A stretch of 64,000 bases of DNA. It comes from a virus. The notes beneath the pieces are model-generated. The model was not told the origin of the DNA. It did no database searches and saw nothing but the letters and a program-made list of their open reading frames with translations. Positions within the stretch are counted from its first letter, which is position 1; each line of letters opens with the position of its first letter. The DNA lies in IMG/VR virus record IMGVR_UViG_3300045988_175656; one strand, given 5' to 3'. A program made the translations under genes and the position numbers. Below, piece after piece: positions 17,183 through 26,617 of this stretch.

Positions 17183-18212
17183 TGAACATACACTAAATAA
17201 CTTGAAAAAACGGTTTGTTAGCGATTATAGCTTACCAATTATAATTTTTGAAGAACCTGATTTTGAATATTTTCTTAATTTATATGAAGAACAGTTTGGT
17301 GCTAAAACTAAATGGGATAAATTGATAAATGTTATTGACGAAAAATTCAATGGTAATCCTAATTTATTTCTGGAAGAGTTTGCAAGGGTAAGAAACAACA
17401 TGATTGAGAGCATACTCAATAATAAATATTATCAAGAATTTAACGAAAATCAATGTGTTCTTTCCAAATATAATTTACCTAAATTGAATTACCCAAAATC
17501 CAATGTATATAAAGAAACTAATAATGGAAGATATTTCTTATCAGTTGATTTAAAAAAAGCTAACTTCTCAGCATTAATGTATCATGATAGTTGGATATTA
17601 GGAGAAGAAACTATAATTCCTTATGAAGATTGGGTTAAGAAATTCACTGATTTAGAGTATATTATAGAATCAAAATATACTCGCCAAGTTGTTTTTGGTA
17701 AATTAAACCCTTCAAGGCAAATTAAAGTAGAAAACTATATGATTTATCAAGCACTTCAAAAATATTTAACATTATTTGAATGTTTAAATATTAATGTTGA
17801 AGTAGCGAGTTTTTGTACTGATGAAGTTGTATTTGATGTAACAGATAACTTTAAATATATTCTTGATAATATGTCTGCAATTAAACATTTGCAGAAATGT
17901 TTAAAAGATGATGACAAAATCAATGTTGATGTTGAGTTTTATCGTTTGAGTTTACAAAAATTCAAAACTTATAAAGATGCTGAAATACCTGTTTATATGA
18001 AAACTTATCTTGATAATAAAGAAAGAGGTAAATTTAGTGCTGTTGTATATGATTTATTTTCAGTACCATCTTTTTACTATGCACAAATATATAAACTTAT
18101 TCATGGTATGAGAGTTACTGAAACTGATATGAAATTTTATATGGAAGGTCAAATTGCTAGATTTTATCATCCATTAATTTATGTAAATTCAATTTTAAAT
18201 TATGATAAGTAG
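17169..18212 (+). CDS. hypothetical protein, possibly a palm-domain nucleotidyltransferase
   Basis: 347-aa ORF. FLSVDLKKANFSAL, YTRQVVFGKLNP and SFCTDEVVFDV loosely resemble polymerase motifs A, B and C. The function call is very tentative. Confidence 0.55.
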   Translation: MNNVNEHTLNNLKKRFVSDYSLPIIIFEEPDFEYFLNLYEEQFGAKTKWDKLINVIDEKFNGNPNLFLEEFARVRNNMIESILNNKYYQEFNENQCVLSKYNLPKLNYPKSNVYKETNNGRYFLSVDLKKANFSALMYHDSWILGEETIIPYEDWVKKFTDLEYIIESKYTRQVVFGKLNPSRQIKVENYMIYQALQKYLTLFECLNINVEVASFCTDEVVFDVTDNFKYILDNMSAIKHLQKCLKDDDKINVDVEFYRLSLQKFKTYKDAEIPVYMKTYLDNKERGKFSAVVYDLFSVPSFYYAQIYKLIHGMRVTETDMKFYMEGQIARFYHPLIYVNSILNYDK

Positions 18213-18606
18213 AATATTAATAAAGAAAATCAAGAAACATGGATTTGGTAAAAAAGATTCTTTTACTATTATTGATGTTGCTCCAAAAGAGTATTATAAG
18301 TTAGTCAAAATAGACAAATTATATTTTGCCAAAATTATTCTTGGTTTCAGGAAAATTCTAGAGAATATTAAGCCACATGATAACATAGTTGAAACAATGC
18401 CTGATGGCACTTTATGCAAAACTATGGTAGGAAATGAGTTTGTCCTTTCTTTAAGTGAGTTAATTAAAATAGCAGACTCTTTGTATTTCCCACTTAAAAT
18501 TTATGAAGAAAATTTTAAATATTATAATATTCTACATAAAATAATACAAACAGTTCAAAAACATGGCTATCATAATAGAGTAATATTTGTGTTGGAAAAG
18601 AATTAA
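18202..18606 (+). CDS. hypothetical protein
   Basis: 134-aa ORF whose stop lies inside the palindromic terminator. Confidence 0.55.
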   Translation: MISRILIKKIKKHGFGKKDSFTIIDVAPKEYYKLVKIDKLYFAKIILGFRKILENIKPHDNIVETMPDGTLCKTMVGNEFVLSLSELIKIADSLYFPLKIYEENFKYYNILHKIIQTVQKHGYHNRVIFVLEKN

Positions 18607-18630
18607 TGGGATTAGCTAATCCCATTAATT
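18601..18630. terminator. bidirectional terminator between convergent genes
   Basis: AATTAATGGGATTA-GC-TAATCCCATTAATT, with 14-nt perfect inverted arms. Confidence 0.6.
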
Positions 18631-19086
18631 TTACATACAAATAGCACTATGAGAAGTGGAATATAAAAAGTTAGTTAATAATTTCCCCAAAGATTCATAT
18701 TTTTCATCTTTAGGTTTCAACATTAAAAATGTTGAAGGTGAATAACAATCAAAACAAGAATATTCTTGTTCCACTTTTATCATCCATGCAGGTTTTTCAA
18801 TTTCACCTGTTAATACTTGGTCAATTATAATTGAAACATAATTAATTTTGTCACTTGTTGGAGTCATATTGGAAATTAATATATCAGGAACATCAATATT
18901 ATCAGTATTGTAAGTTTCCCAATCAAAATTTGCATATGTTATATAAGCACAGAATATACCAAAATAAAAAATATCATCGGCTCTTAAAGGATTAGATGAT
19001 AAATCAAACATTTCATCAATTAAATTTTTAACTGATGATAAAGTACCACTTGAATAAGTGAAAATCATTACACGATTCATAATCAA
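18631..19086 (-). CDS. hypothetical protein (second of only two minus-strand genes)
   Basis: 151-aa ORF that does not overlap any + strand ORF. It is bounded by the palindrome on one side and a divergent intergenic region on the other. Confidence 0.55.
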   Translation of the reverse strand: MIMNRVMIFTYSSGTLSSVKNLIDEMFDLSSNPLRADDIFYFGIFCAYITYANFDWETYNTDNIDVPDILISNMTPTSDKINYVSIIIDQVLTGEIEKPAWMIKVEQEYSCFDCYSPSTFLMLKPKDEKYESLGKLLTNFLYSTSHSAICM

Positions 19087-19125
19087 CTATTTTTATGTAT
19101 AAATAGCTTTAATAATGTTTATAAA

Positions 19126-20502
19126 ATGGATAAAATAATAAAATATTTAGATAAAAGTGAAGAGACTATTAACCAATTAATCAATCTAAAGCATGAATTA
19201 AAAGAAGAAAGTCCTGAAACTCAAAGGTATATTTTTTATGACCACAAACAAAATCAAAGGTTTTGTTTTAATGATAATTCATCGTATTCACCAATAACTA
19301 AAAAATATAGTGAATTGCTTGATGGAAATTCTTTGCGTAAATTTATACATGATGATGATAAAATTTGTGTTTGTACATATAGTTACACACCTATGTTTAA
19401 TAAAGTTATATTTTTTAAAAGTAAATGGGAAGAGGGATTAACATATGATAAAAAAACTAAAAAAGTAAAACTTTGGGGTGCTAGTACACTAGATAAATGC
19501 TCATATTTAATTAAAAATATGTTAATTGAGCTTAAACATGAATGGTTTCTTTCATTACCAGATTTTTTTAAAGAAAATTTGACTAAAACTTTATTAGAAA
19601 ACATATTAAATGGCAAAATTACAAATCCTGAAGATTATATTAAAAAATATATGAAAACTTCTCTTAAATATAGTTTTCATTATAAATTAATTAAAAAATG
19701 GTTTGAAGTTGATGGATTTTATTTCAAAAAAGATGAAAATTTTGTGATACCAAAAGGTAAATCTGTTTATGATAAAACATTCTTATCAGAAAATAAGAAA
19801 AATTTCGTTTTTCTTTCTCAGCATCATGAATTTAATAGAGGGTTAAACATGAAATATATTAAAGATTATACTGTTGAACCTAATTTTTCTATGCAAAAAA
19901 TTTTAAGTGGTGAGCTTTCTCAAAGTTATTTAGAAACACTTAATGATATGTTTAACCAATGTAAATTACTTGGAGAAAAAGTCAATTTACATTGGTCATA
20001 CAATAGATTACAAGAAGAACATTTGAAGTTTACTAGAAAAATAGCATCTATTAGATTTATAAATGCTGATTTAGAAAATGTAAAATATTTTGGAACTACT
20101 ACAAACCCTGAATTGATAAAATATGAAATTGTTAATAATGAAAAAATGGCTTTTGAAGAAGGAAACGAAATGTACAATTGTGTATATACAAATTATTGGT
20201 CAAGAGTTAAAGACAAAGAATATTTTATTTTTAAGGTAACTTATCCAGAACGATGTACAGTAGGTGTTTCTAAAACATATTGGGCTAATGATAGTAAAGA
20301 CAGATTTTTCATTGAACAAGCTTATATTAGACATAATAGACCTGTAAAACCTGAAACAAAATTACTATTAATTGGATGGATAAGTAGTAAAGAGATGCAA
20401 AACTTTTTTGTCATGAATTATAAAACATATGATGAAAAAGATATTAAAACATTAGAAGAAATAGAAATAGAAGAATTAAGCCTAAAGAAAAAAGCTGTTT
20501 AA
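19126..20502 (+). CDS. PcfJ-like protein (tentative)
   Basis: The C-terminal FEEGNEMYNCVYTNYWSRVKDKEYFIFKV resembles the PcfJ-like E(G)..M.HCV..Y....G....F core. Confidence 0.55.
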   Translation: MDKIIKYLDKSEETINQLINLKHELKEESPETQRYIFYDHKQNQRFCFNDNSSYSPITKKYSELLDGNSLRKFIHDDDKICVCTYSYTPMFNKVIFFKSKWEEGLTYDKKTKKVKLWGASTLDKCSYLIKNMLIELKHEWFLSLPDFFKENLTKTLLENILNGKITNPEDYIKKYMKTSLKYSFHYKLIKKWFEVDGFYFKKDENFVIPKGKSVYDKTFLSENKKNFVFLSQHHEFNRGLNMKYIKDYTVEPNFSMQKILSGELSQSYLETLNDMFNQCKLLGEKVNLHWSYNRLQEEHLKFTRKIASIRFINADLENVKYFGTTTNPELIKYEIVNNEKMAFEEGNEMYNCVYTNYWSRVKDKEYFIFKVTYPERCTVGVSKTYWANDSKDRFFIEQAYIRHNRPVKPETKLLLIGWISSKEMQNFFVMNYKTYDEKDIKTLEEIEIEELSLKKKAV

Positions 20503-20545
20503 TGTATTTTAACCATATTAATTTTGCACTTTAAATTATAATGGT

Positions 20546-20553
20546 TACATTTG
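20546..20553 (+). promoter_or_regulatory. Bacteroidota-type -7 promoter box
   Basis: GGTTACATTTGCATAA lies 22 nt upstream of the ATG at 20576. Confidence 0.5.
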
Positions 20554-20575
20554 CATAAATAAAAATAAAGACAGT

Positions 20576-21358
20576 ATGAAATTTTTTATACAAACAATAA
20601 AAGGAAAAATAACATTTGATTTCGCATTAGAATTAGTTAATGCAATCGAATCACATAACTATTTTTATCCTAATGATAAAATAGAATATATTCTTGATGA
20701 TGATTACAAAGATTATGCTTGGGAAAATAAATTTCAAGAATGGTGTCCTATTGGAAGTGTAGAATTTGTATGTGGGTGGCTTAGGCATTTTTATGGGGAA
20801 AACATGGTTCCAAAACCAATAAATGTACCAAATGCATTAAAAGACCAATATTTTACACGAAGATTTATTGATGAAGAAACAATTAATGATGAATTTAGAA
20901 AGAAAACAAATTCGTTTGTTTTGAAAATATTCGCAAAGGATGTAAATAAAATTAAATCTGAAAATAATGGACTATATGAATTAGGATATAGAAATATTCC
21001 AGATGGAACATATCAAGTATCAAGTTATATCAAAGAAATTAAAGCTGAATTTAGATGCTTTGTATTTGAGAATAAACTATTAGATGTACGTTTATATAAT
21101 GGTGATTATAAAATATTACCTGACTTTGATAAAATACAGAAAATGATTGATACATATATGGTTGATGCTCCTGTTGCTTATACTCTTGATGTGGCTGTAA
21201 ATGAAGATGATGATACTATTGTTATAGAAGTGCATGATTTCTTCTCTTGTGGATTGTATGGTTTTATGGAAACAAAAAGACTTCCTTATATGTTTTGGAG
21301 ATGGTATTATAACCATATAAACAAAATTAATTATTCCAAATTAAAAAGTGGTTTATGA
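20576..21358 (+). CDS. ATP-grasp-like protein (tentative)
   Basis: EFRCFVFENKLLDVRLY and IVIEVHDFFSCGLYG resemble the C-terminal strands of phage ATP-grasp (DUF4343-like) proteins. Confidence 0.5.
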   Translation: MKFFIQTIKGKITFDFALELVNAIESHNYFYPNDKIEYILDDDYKDYAWENKFQEWCPIGSVEFVCGWLRHFYGENMVPKPINVPNALKDQYFTRRFIDEETINDEFRKKTNSFVLKIFAKDVNKIKSENNGLYELGYRNIPDGTYQVSSYIKEIKAEFRCFVFENKLLDVRLYNGDYKILPDFDKIQKMIDTYMVDAPVAYTLDVAVNEDDDTIVIEVHDFFSCGLYGFMETKRLPYMFWRWYYNHINKINYSKLKSGL

Positions 21359-22269
21359 ATATAAAAGAATTTTATCAGCTATTATCAGAAAATAAAATAA
21401 CTATTGATGATAACCATCATACATTTAATCTAACAAATTTTATATATAATCTTAAATTTAAAATTGAAGATTATGAAGAATTATGCGAGGAACATAAAAA
21501 TGATAAGTTTTTTGAATATTATTATCATGTTTTAAATAAACCTATTAATCAATTTGATATTATAGATGCAGGTTATGCTGGTGATAGTAATATAAGATGT
21601 TATTATTGTAATAAGCCATTATGTATGATATATTTAGGAGATAATAGTGTAGTGATAGTTGATTCAAAAATAGCTTATAATTGTTCTAAAACAGGAGAAA
21701 AAATCTCTGATTATATACACACTTCATGTTCTTTATTTGATATGACTAATAAAGGTTATTTAGAAGCTAATATACACATAAAGAATGGACAATTAGTTTT
21801 TGCAAATTTTTTTGAAGATGAAAGACTCTATGATTTTGATAGGGATAAACGTTATAAAGATGAAACTAATATTTGTTATGTAACTGGGCGTAACAATCTC
21901 ATGCAGCATTTAGCACGCAAGAATGTTGGTTATGGTCAAACAGGAAATATGTATATAGGAGTTTTTGTAAGTAATGATAAAAAATCAATAATAATTGCAT
22001 CTCCATATGATGATGAAGGCGAAGATAACAAGATAGAAGGATATAAATTAGATGGAAAAATATCTTGTGACGTGTGGAGATGGCAATGTGCTGATACATC
22101 AGTATTAGAAAAATATGGCACAATTATTGATGAAGATTTTATGGAAGATAACATTGTCATAGAAGTTCCAAAAGGAGAATGGAATATTAAACATTATTAT
22201 GATTTAATTTCAGATGAAGATTACAAGAAAAATAACAAAATTATAGCAGTACTAACATTTATTGAATAA
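21355..22269 (+). CDS. hypothetical protein
   Basis: 304-aa ORF with an ATGA overlap with the upstream gene. Confidence 0.6.
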   Translation: MNIKEFYQLLSENKITIDDNHHTFNLTNFIYNLKFKIEDYEELCEEHKNDKFFEYYYHVLNKPINQFDIIDAGYAGDSNIRCYYCNKPLCMIYLGDNSVVIVDSKIAYNCSKTGEKISDYIHTSCSLFDMTNKGYLEANIHIKNGQLVFANFFEDERLYDFDRDKRYKDETNICYVTGRNNLMQHLARKNVGYGQTGNMYIGVFVSNDKKSIIIASPYDDEGEDNKIEGYKLDGKISCDVWRWQCADTSVLEKYGTIIDEDFMEDNIVIEVPKGEWNIKHYYDLISDEDYKKNNKIIAVLTFIE

Positions 22270-22273
22270 AATT

Positions 22274-22501
22274 ATGAAAAGACCAATAGATAAAGCATTT
22301 GAAAATCTTACTATGAAACAGATTGCTCAAATGGTTGAAGAATTTAATAATGAAACAATTAGTTCTGATGCATTAATCAGGAAGATTACAGCCGAAGTTT
22401 TTGAAGTTGAAATAAATAAAACTTCTATTATGCAAATGCAATTAGTTGTTATACATTGTGCTATTTATATGTCACGTTTTATTTTAAGATTAGATATATG
22501 A
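22274..22501 (+). CDS. hypothetical protein
   Basis: First ATG (MKRPIDKAF..). The track start at 22262 is a TTG that overlaps the upstream stop. Confidence 0.45.
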   Translation: MKRPIDKAFENLTMKQIAQMVEEFNNETISSDALIRKITAEVFEVEINKTSIMQMQLVVIHCAIYMSRFILRLDI

Positions 22502-22944
22502 TGAATGAATGGTCTGAATTAAATAAATTGATAATCACACCTGATGTTAAACAAATACATTGTGATACAAGAGATTTTTATTGTATTTCATCAAAAGATA
22601 ATTTAAAGTACCACAAAAGCGACCATTTAGATGAACAAAAAAGGAAAAAGGGTATTATTAAAACAATAAAAAAACAAGCAGTTAAAGACTGTTATCTTAT
22701 TGAAGAAAGTGAAATTATAACATGGTTAACTAATATGGAATTATCTTCTCGTGATGGTTGTAAAAATACTGTAACATGGAGATTTTTATCATTTGAACAT
22801 TTAGATGGTATTTGGCTAAAATATATTAGAATGTATCGTTATAGTCCCACACAATTTATTGTTTGTGATTCATATAATAATATGATTGTGTGGAAAGATT
22901 GTAATGAAGAAAATTTATGTAAAAAATATTTAAATTCTCATTAA
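22498..22944 (+). CDS. hypothetical protein (tandem paralog A)
   Basis: ATGA overlap with the upstream gene. It shares IHCDTR.F and G.WLKY.RMY....QFIVC.S with the next gene. Confidence 0.55.
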   Translation: MMNEWSELNKLIITPDVKQIHCDTRDFYCISSKDNLKYHKSDHLDEQKRKKGIIKTIKKQAVKDCYLIEESEIITWLTNMELSSRDGCKNTVTWRFLSFEHLDGIWLKYIRMYRYSPTQFIVCDSYNNMIVWKDCNEENLCKKYLNSH

Positions 22945-22945
22945 T

Positions 22946-23386
22946 ATGGTAGATGATTGGATTAAAATTGATGAAGTGGAAATCACTTCAGAAATAAATT
23001 GTATTCATTGTGATACAAGAACATTTCATGCAAAATGTAACATTATTGATTTCAAAAAAATTGAAAATGATAGATATTATGAATTAACATATAACAAATT
23101 CATTGATTTTCTTGAAGAAAAGAAAGGTAATATTGATGAAAAGTATTTAATTAACATTAATGAAATTATACCATTTTTGTTAAATCTACGTGAAATCAAG
23201 AATTATGCAAATGAACCGATACTACGTTTTAATGGTGTTTTAGGATGTGGTTTTTGGCTTAAATATGTTCGTATGTATAAAATTAATGATAACCAATTTA
23301 TTGTATGTAATTCAGATTGTGTTCCAATTGAATGGAGACTTTTAAGTAAGAATAATGTAGCTATTACTAACTATGAAAATAAATAA
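22946..23386 (+). CDS. hypothetical protein (tandem paralog B)
   Basis: Paralog of 22498..22944, with IHCDTRTFH and GFWLKYVRMYKINDNQFIVCNS. Confidence 0.55.
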   Translation: MVDDWIKIDEVEITSEINCIHCDTRTFHAKCNIIDFKKIENDRYYELTYNKFIDFLEEKKGNIDEKYLININEIIPFLLNLREIKNYANEPILRFNGVLGCGFWLKYVRMYKINDNQFIVCNSDCVPIEWRLLSKNNVAITNYENK

Positions 23387-23546
23387 GAATGTAACTTTAG
23401 AATGGCTTAGAAAAGAATTTCTTTATTGTAACCATTCTAAATATCGTAAGTATGTTGATGAATGGCTATCAAATCTAACAATGGCACAAATTGAAGGATT
23501 TGAATTACAAAGAATTGGTCAAGAAACTAAATCTAAATGTATATAA
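23373..23546 (+). CDS. small hypothetical protein (57 aa, below track cutoff)
   Basis: MKINKNVTLEWLRKEFLYCNHSKYRKYVDEWLSNLTMAQIEGFELQRIGQETKSKCI*. It overlaps the upstream gene by 14 nt and ends 1 nt before the ATG at 23548. Confidence 0.4.
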   Translation: MKINKNVTLEWLRKEFLYCNHSKYRKYVDEWLSNLTMAQIEGFELQRIGQETKSKCI

Positions 23547-23547
23547 T

Positions 23548-23997
23548 ATGGGATTTATTTGTAGTGCTCTAATAAGAAAAAATACTAAAGAAATCCAATC
23601 AAAATTAGAAGATATTGGATGGGTAAAAGCTGAATATGTTGACGAATATCCTCATATAGAAACAAAATTTAATATGCACCCAACAGGAAAATTTTTTGGT
23701 TGTAATAGTGGAGAAAAAGGTGAAACTATATGTGGCATTCCTTTATCATTATTTATTGAAGGAGTTGATTGTGATAAAAATGAAGATTTGTTTTTTGCTT
23801 TATCTTCATTAAGAGATGATACTGATGAAAATCAACTTTTTATGATGGATGTTGAAATATATAATGATATTCCAAAAGATAGTACATTTTACTCAACTAA
23901 TATTGATGGAAAATATCATATTGGGACTAAAATAGACCCTTTTTATTGTCATAAAATGACTAAAGAAGAAATTATTAATTATTTTAATAAAAATTAA
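23548..23997 (+). CDS. hypothetical protein
   Basis: The start MGFICSALIRK is preferred over the track start at 23491, which would overlap the 57-aa ORF. Confidence 0.5.
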   Translation: MGFICSALIRKNTKEIQSKLEDIGWVKAEYVDEYPHIETKFNMHPTGKFFGCNSGEKGETICGIPLSLFIEGVDCDKNEDLFFALSSLRDDTDENQLFMMDVEIYNDIPKDSTFYSTNIDGKYHIGTKIDPFYCHKMTKEEIINYFNKN

Positions 23998-24030
23998 CAG
24001 ATAAAATTTTAATATATAAAAAATAATTTG

Positions 24031-24038
24031 TATATTTG
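24031..24038 (+). promoter_or_regulatory. Bacteroidota-type -7 promoter box
   Basis: TTTGTATATTTGCATTG lies 27 nt upstream of the pncA ATG. Confidence 0.55.
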
Positions 24039-24065
24039 CATTGTTAAATTTTAAAACATATAAAA

Positions 24066-24851
24066 ATGAAGAAAAGAGCAATTTTAGGTATTGACCTACA
24101 AAACGATTTCGTTTTAATTAATGGTGCTTTGAGTGTGAATGGTGCAGAAGAAGATGCAAAACGTATTGGTGCATTTATTTCTAATAATAAGAAAGATATT
24201 CATCACATTTCTCTAACACTTGATTCACATCACCCTTTGCACATTGCAAACCCTATCTATTGGAAAGATAAAGATGGCAATCATCCTTCACCTTTCACAG
24301 TGATTACTTACCAAGACATTAAAGATGGTAAATGGACTACATCTATTAACCCACAATGGTCTTTCCGTTATGTAGAAGAGTTGGAAAAACAAGGAAGCCA
24401 ACTAACAATTTGGAATGAACACTGCCTCCTTGGTACTGATGGATGGGCAATTGTTACTCCTGTTATCAAAGCATGTATTGAATGGGAAGAAACTAATTGT
24501 AAGCCTTATAATTTGTGGTTTAAAGGAAGTAATTGGTTTACTGAACATTATAGCATTTTTAAAGCTGCTGTAACATATCCTGGTGCTCCTGAGACTGATT
24601 TGAATCAACAATTAATTCAGGTATTGAATGAATATGATGAAGTTTATATTTGTGGAGAAGCAATGAATTATTGTTGTTTGAATAGTATTAAAGATTTGAA
24701 TACATATGCTCCAGATTTAATGAAAAAAGTATTAATTCTTGAAGATTGTATGTCTCCTATTGGCACTTTTGACATCAATACAGACCCAGTTTATCAAGAA
24801 GCTGTTCGTTTAGGGGCAAAAATTATAAAATCAACTGATGTTTTGTTTTAA
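24066..24851 (+). CDS. pncA: nicotinamidase / isochorismatase-family hydrolase
   Basis: ILGIDLQNDF (catalytic Asp) and YICGEAMNYCCLNS (nucleophile Cys in a GxAxxxC context). The genome also encodes pncB and nadD. Confidence 0.7.
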   Translation: MKKRAILGIDLQNDFVLINGALSVNGAEEDAKRIGAFISNNKKDIHHISLTLDSHHPLHIANPIYWKDKDGNHPSPFTVITYQDIKDGKWTTSINPQWSFRYVEELEKQGSQLTIWNEHCLLGTDGWAIVTPVIKACIEWEETNCKPYNLWFKGSNWFTEHYSIFKAAVTYPGAPETDLNQQLIQVLNEYDEVYICGEAMNYCCLNSIKDLNTYAPDLMKKVLILEDCMSPIGTFDINTDPVYQEAVRLGAKIIKSTDVLF

Positions 24852-24940
24852 CACAATTTGAACAATATTTTATTACTGTATATACTTTATTTTTTATTGT
24901 TATTTTTGAGTTAAATCATTATATTTATAATAAAAATATA

Positions 24941-26572
24941 ATGAATACTGAAGAATTTATAAAAAAAGCTAAAAGTATATATGGTAATAAATACAATTAT
25001 TCAAAAATAAATTATGTTAATGCAAAAACCAAAGTTTGTGTAATATGCCCTGAACATGGAGAATTTTGGCAATTACCATATAGTCATTTTGTAAGAGGTT
25101 GTAATAAATGTTCAAAACCAATTTTCGATAAAGATTCTTTTATTAAAAAAGCTAAAGAGATACATGGGAACAAATATGATTATTCTAAAGTAAAATATGT
25201 AAAATGTTCTGAGAAAGTTTGTGTAATATGCCCTGAACATGGAGAATTTTGGGTATCACCAAATAATCATTGTAATGGTAAACACAAACAAGGATGTCCT
25301 AAATGTGGAAAATTAGAAGCTCAAAAAGATAATAAAAAACGTCTTGTAACAGCAGCTAATTCATTTATTCAGAAAGCACAGGAGATTCATGGGGATAAAT
25401 ATGATTATTCAAAAGTGATATATAAAGGGGCACATAAAAAAGTTTGTCTAATATGTCCTGAACATGGTGAATTTTGGCAAACACCTGATAAACATATTAA
25501 TGCTAAACAAGGATGTCCTAAATGTAAAGAAAGCTTATTAGAAAAAGAAGTAAGATTATTGTTAGATTGCAACAACATATATTATGAGCAAGAATATTCT
25601 GCCAAATGGTTAGGAAAACAACGTTTAGATTTTTATTTACCTAATTATGGTATTGCAATTGAATGCCAAGGAGAACAACATTATAGACCAATTGATTTTG
25701 CTAACAAAGGAAATGAATGGGCTAAAAAATCGTTTTTACAAACCCTAAAAAATGATTATAATAAAAAAAGAAAATTAATTGAAAATAATATTGAACTTAT
25801 ATATTACACAAAACCAGAATTAAAACAAATAAATGAATTTATAGATAAAGAAGATTTATTAACATATATAAAAAATAAAAAGATGAACGAACAAGAAACT
25901 TTTCAAACAACAATGGGTATTAATTTTACCAATTTTGATGTAAATAATATCCAAGAAGCTGAAACTATCAATGTAGTATTTGTTATTGATAAATCATCTT
26001 CAACAAACCGTTTTATCAATGACTTGAACAACACATTGAATGAGTTTTTACATGAATTTCAACGTTCTCATGTAGCAAGTAAAATGCTTATTTCAGTTAT
26101 TGAATTTAATGATAAAATTGATGTTGTTTCAGCATTTCAACCTATTTCAGACTTGAAAGACTTTAATGTTCAACCTTATGGTTGCACAAATCTTTATGGA
26201 GCAGTTCTTGCAGGTCTTGAAAATGCTGTACAATATCGTAAAGACCTTGAAAATAATGGAATTAGTGTAAAAACACTTGTTTTCATTATTACTGATGGCG
26301 AAGATAATGAAGGAGTTGACCCATCATTGGTAAAACAAAAAATTGATGAAATTTATCAAGATGAATCAAATTGTTTTAGTTTCACTGTTATGATGTTTGG
26401 TCTTGGTGATGAAGCTAATTTTGATGAAGCTCGTGAAAAAATGGGTATTAAACCTGAAATGCTTGGCAAACTTGGAGCTACTGCTAAAGATTTGCGTAAA
26501 ATGGTGTCATTTATTTCAAGTTCCGTTTCTTCAAGTGCAAGCGGACAAAATGTTTCTGCAATCACATTCTAA
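24941..26572 (+). CDS. in-frame fusion of a zinc-ribbon/Vsr-like homing endonuclease (paralog 2 of 3) and a TerY-like vWA protein
   Basis: Residues 1-314 carry 3 zinc-ribbon repeats plus QRLDFYLPNYGIAIECQGEQHY. From Met315 (ATG 25883) there is a complete vWA domain with MIDAS VFVIDKSSS, TNLYGAV and FIITDGEDN. No stop codon lies between the two parts. Confidence 0.7.
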   Translation: MNTEEFIKKAKSIYGNKYNYSKINYVNAKTKVCVICPEHGEFWQLPYSHFVRGCNKCSKPIFDKDSFIKKAKEIHGNKYDYSKVKYVKCSEKVCVICPEHGEFWVSPNNHCNGKHKQGCPKCGKLEAQKDNKKRLVTAANSFIQKAQEIHGDKYDYSKVIYKGAHKKVCLICPEHGEFWQTPDKHINAKQGCPKCKESLLEKEVRLLLDCNNIYYEQEYSAKWLGKQRLDFYLPNYGIAIECQGEQHYRPIDFANKGNEWAKKSFLQTLKNDYNKKRKLIENNIELIYYTKPELKQINEFIDKEDLLTYIKNKKMNEQETFQTTMGINFTNFDVNNIQEAETINVVFVIDKSSSTNRFINDLNNTLNEFLHEFQRSHVASKMLISVIEFNDKIDVVSAFQPISDLKDFNVQPYGCTNLYGAVLAGLENAVQYRKDLENNGISVKTLVFIITDGEDNEGVDPSLVKQKIDEIYQDESNCFSFTVMMFGLGDEANFDEAREKMGIKPEMLGKLGATAKDLRKMVSFISSSVSSSASGQNVSAITF

Positions 26573-26617
26573 AAGATTGCAACACTTTATGGTGTTTTTA
26601 TAATTAATTATAGTAGT

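Noticed and set aside
20503-20545. A seventh terminator-promoter cassette, suggested by the shared TTTTAACCATAT word upstream of the promoter at 20546.
   Set aside because: The AACGAGA/TCTCGTT stem is absent. Only the upstream flank word and the promoter box are shared.
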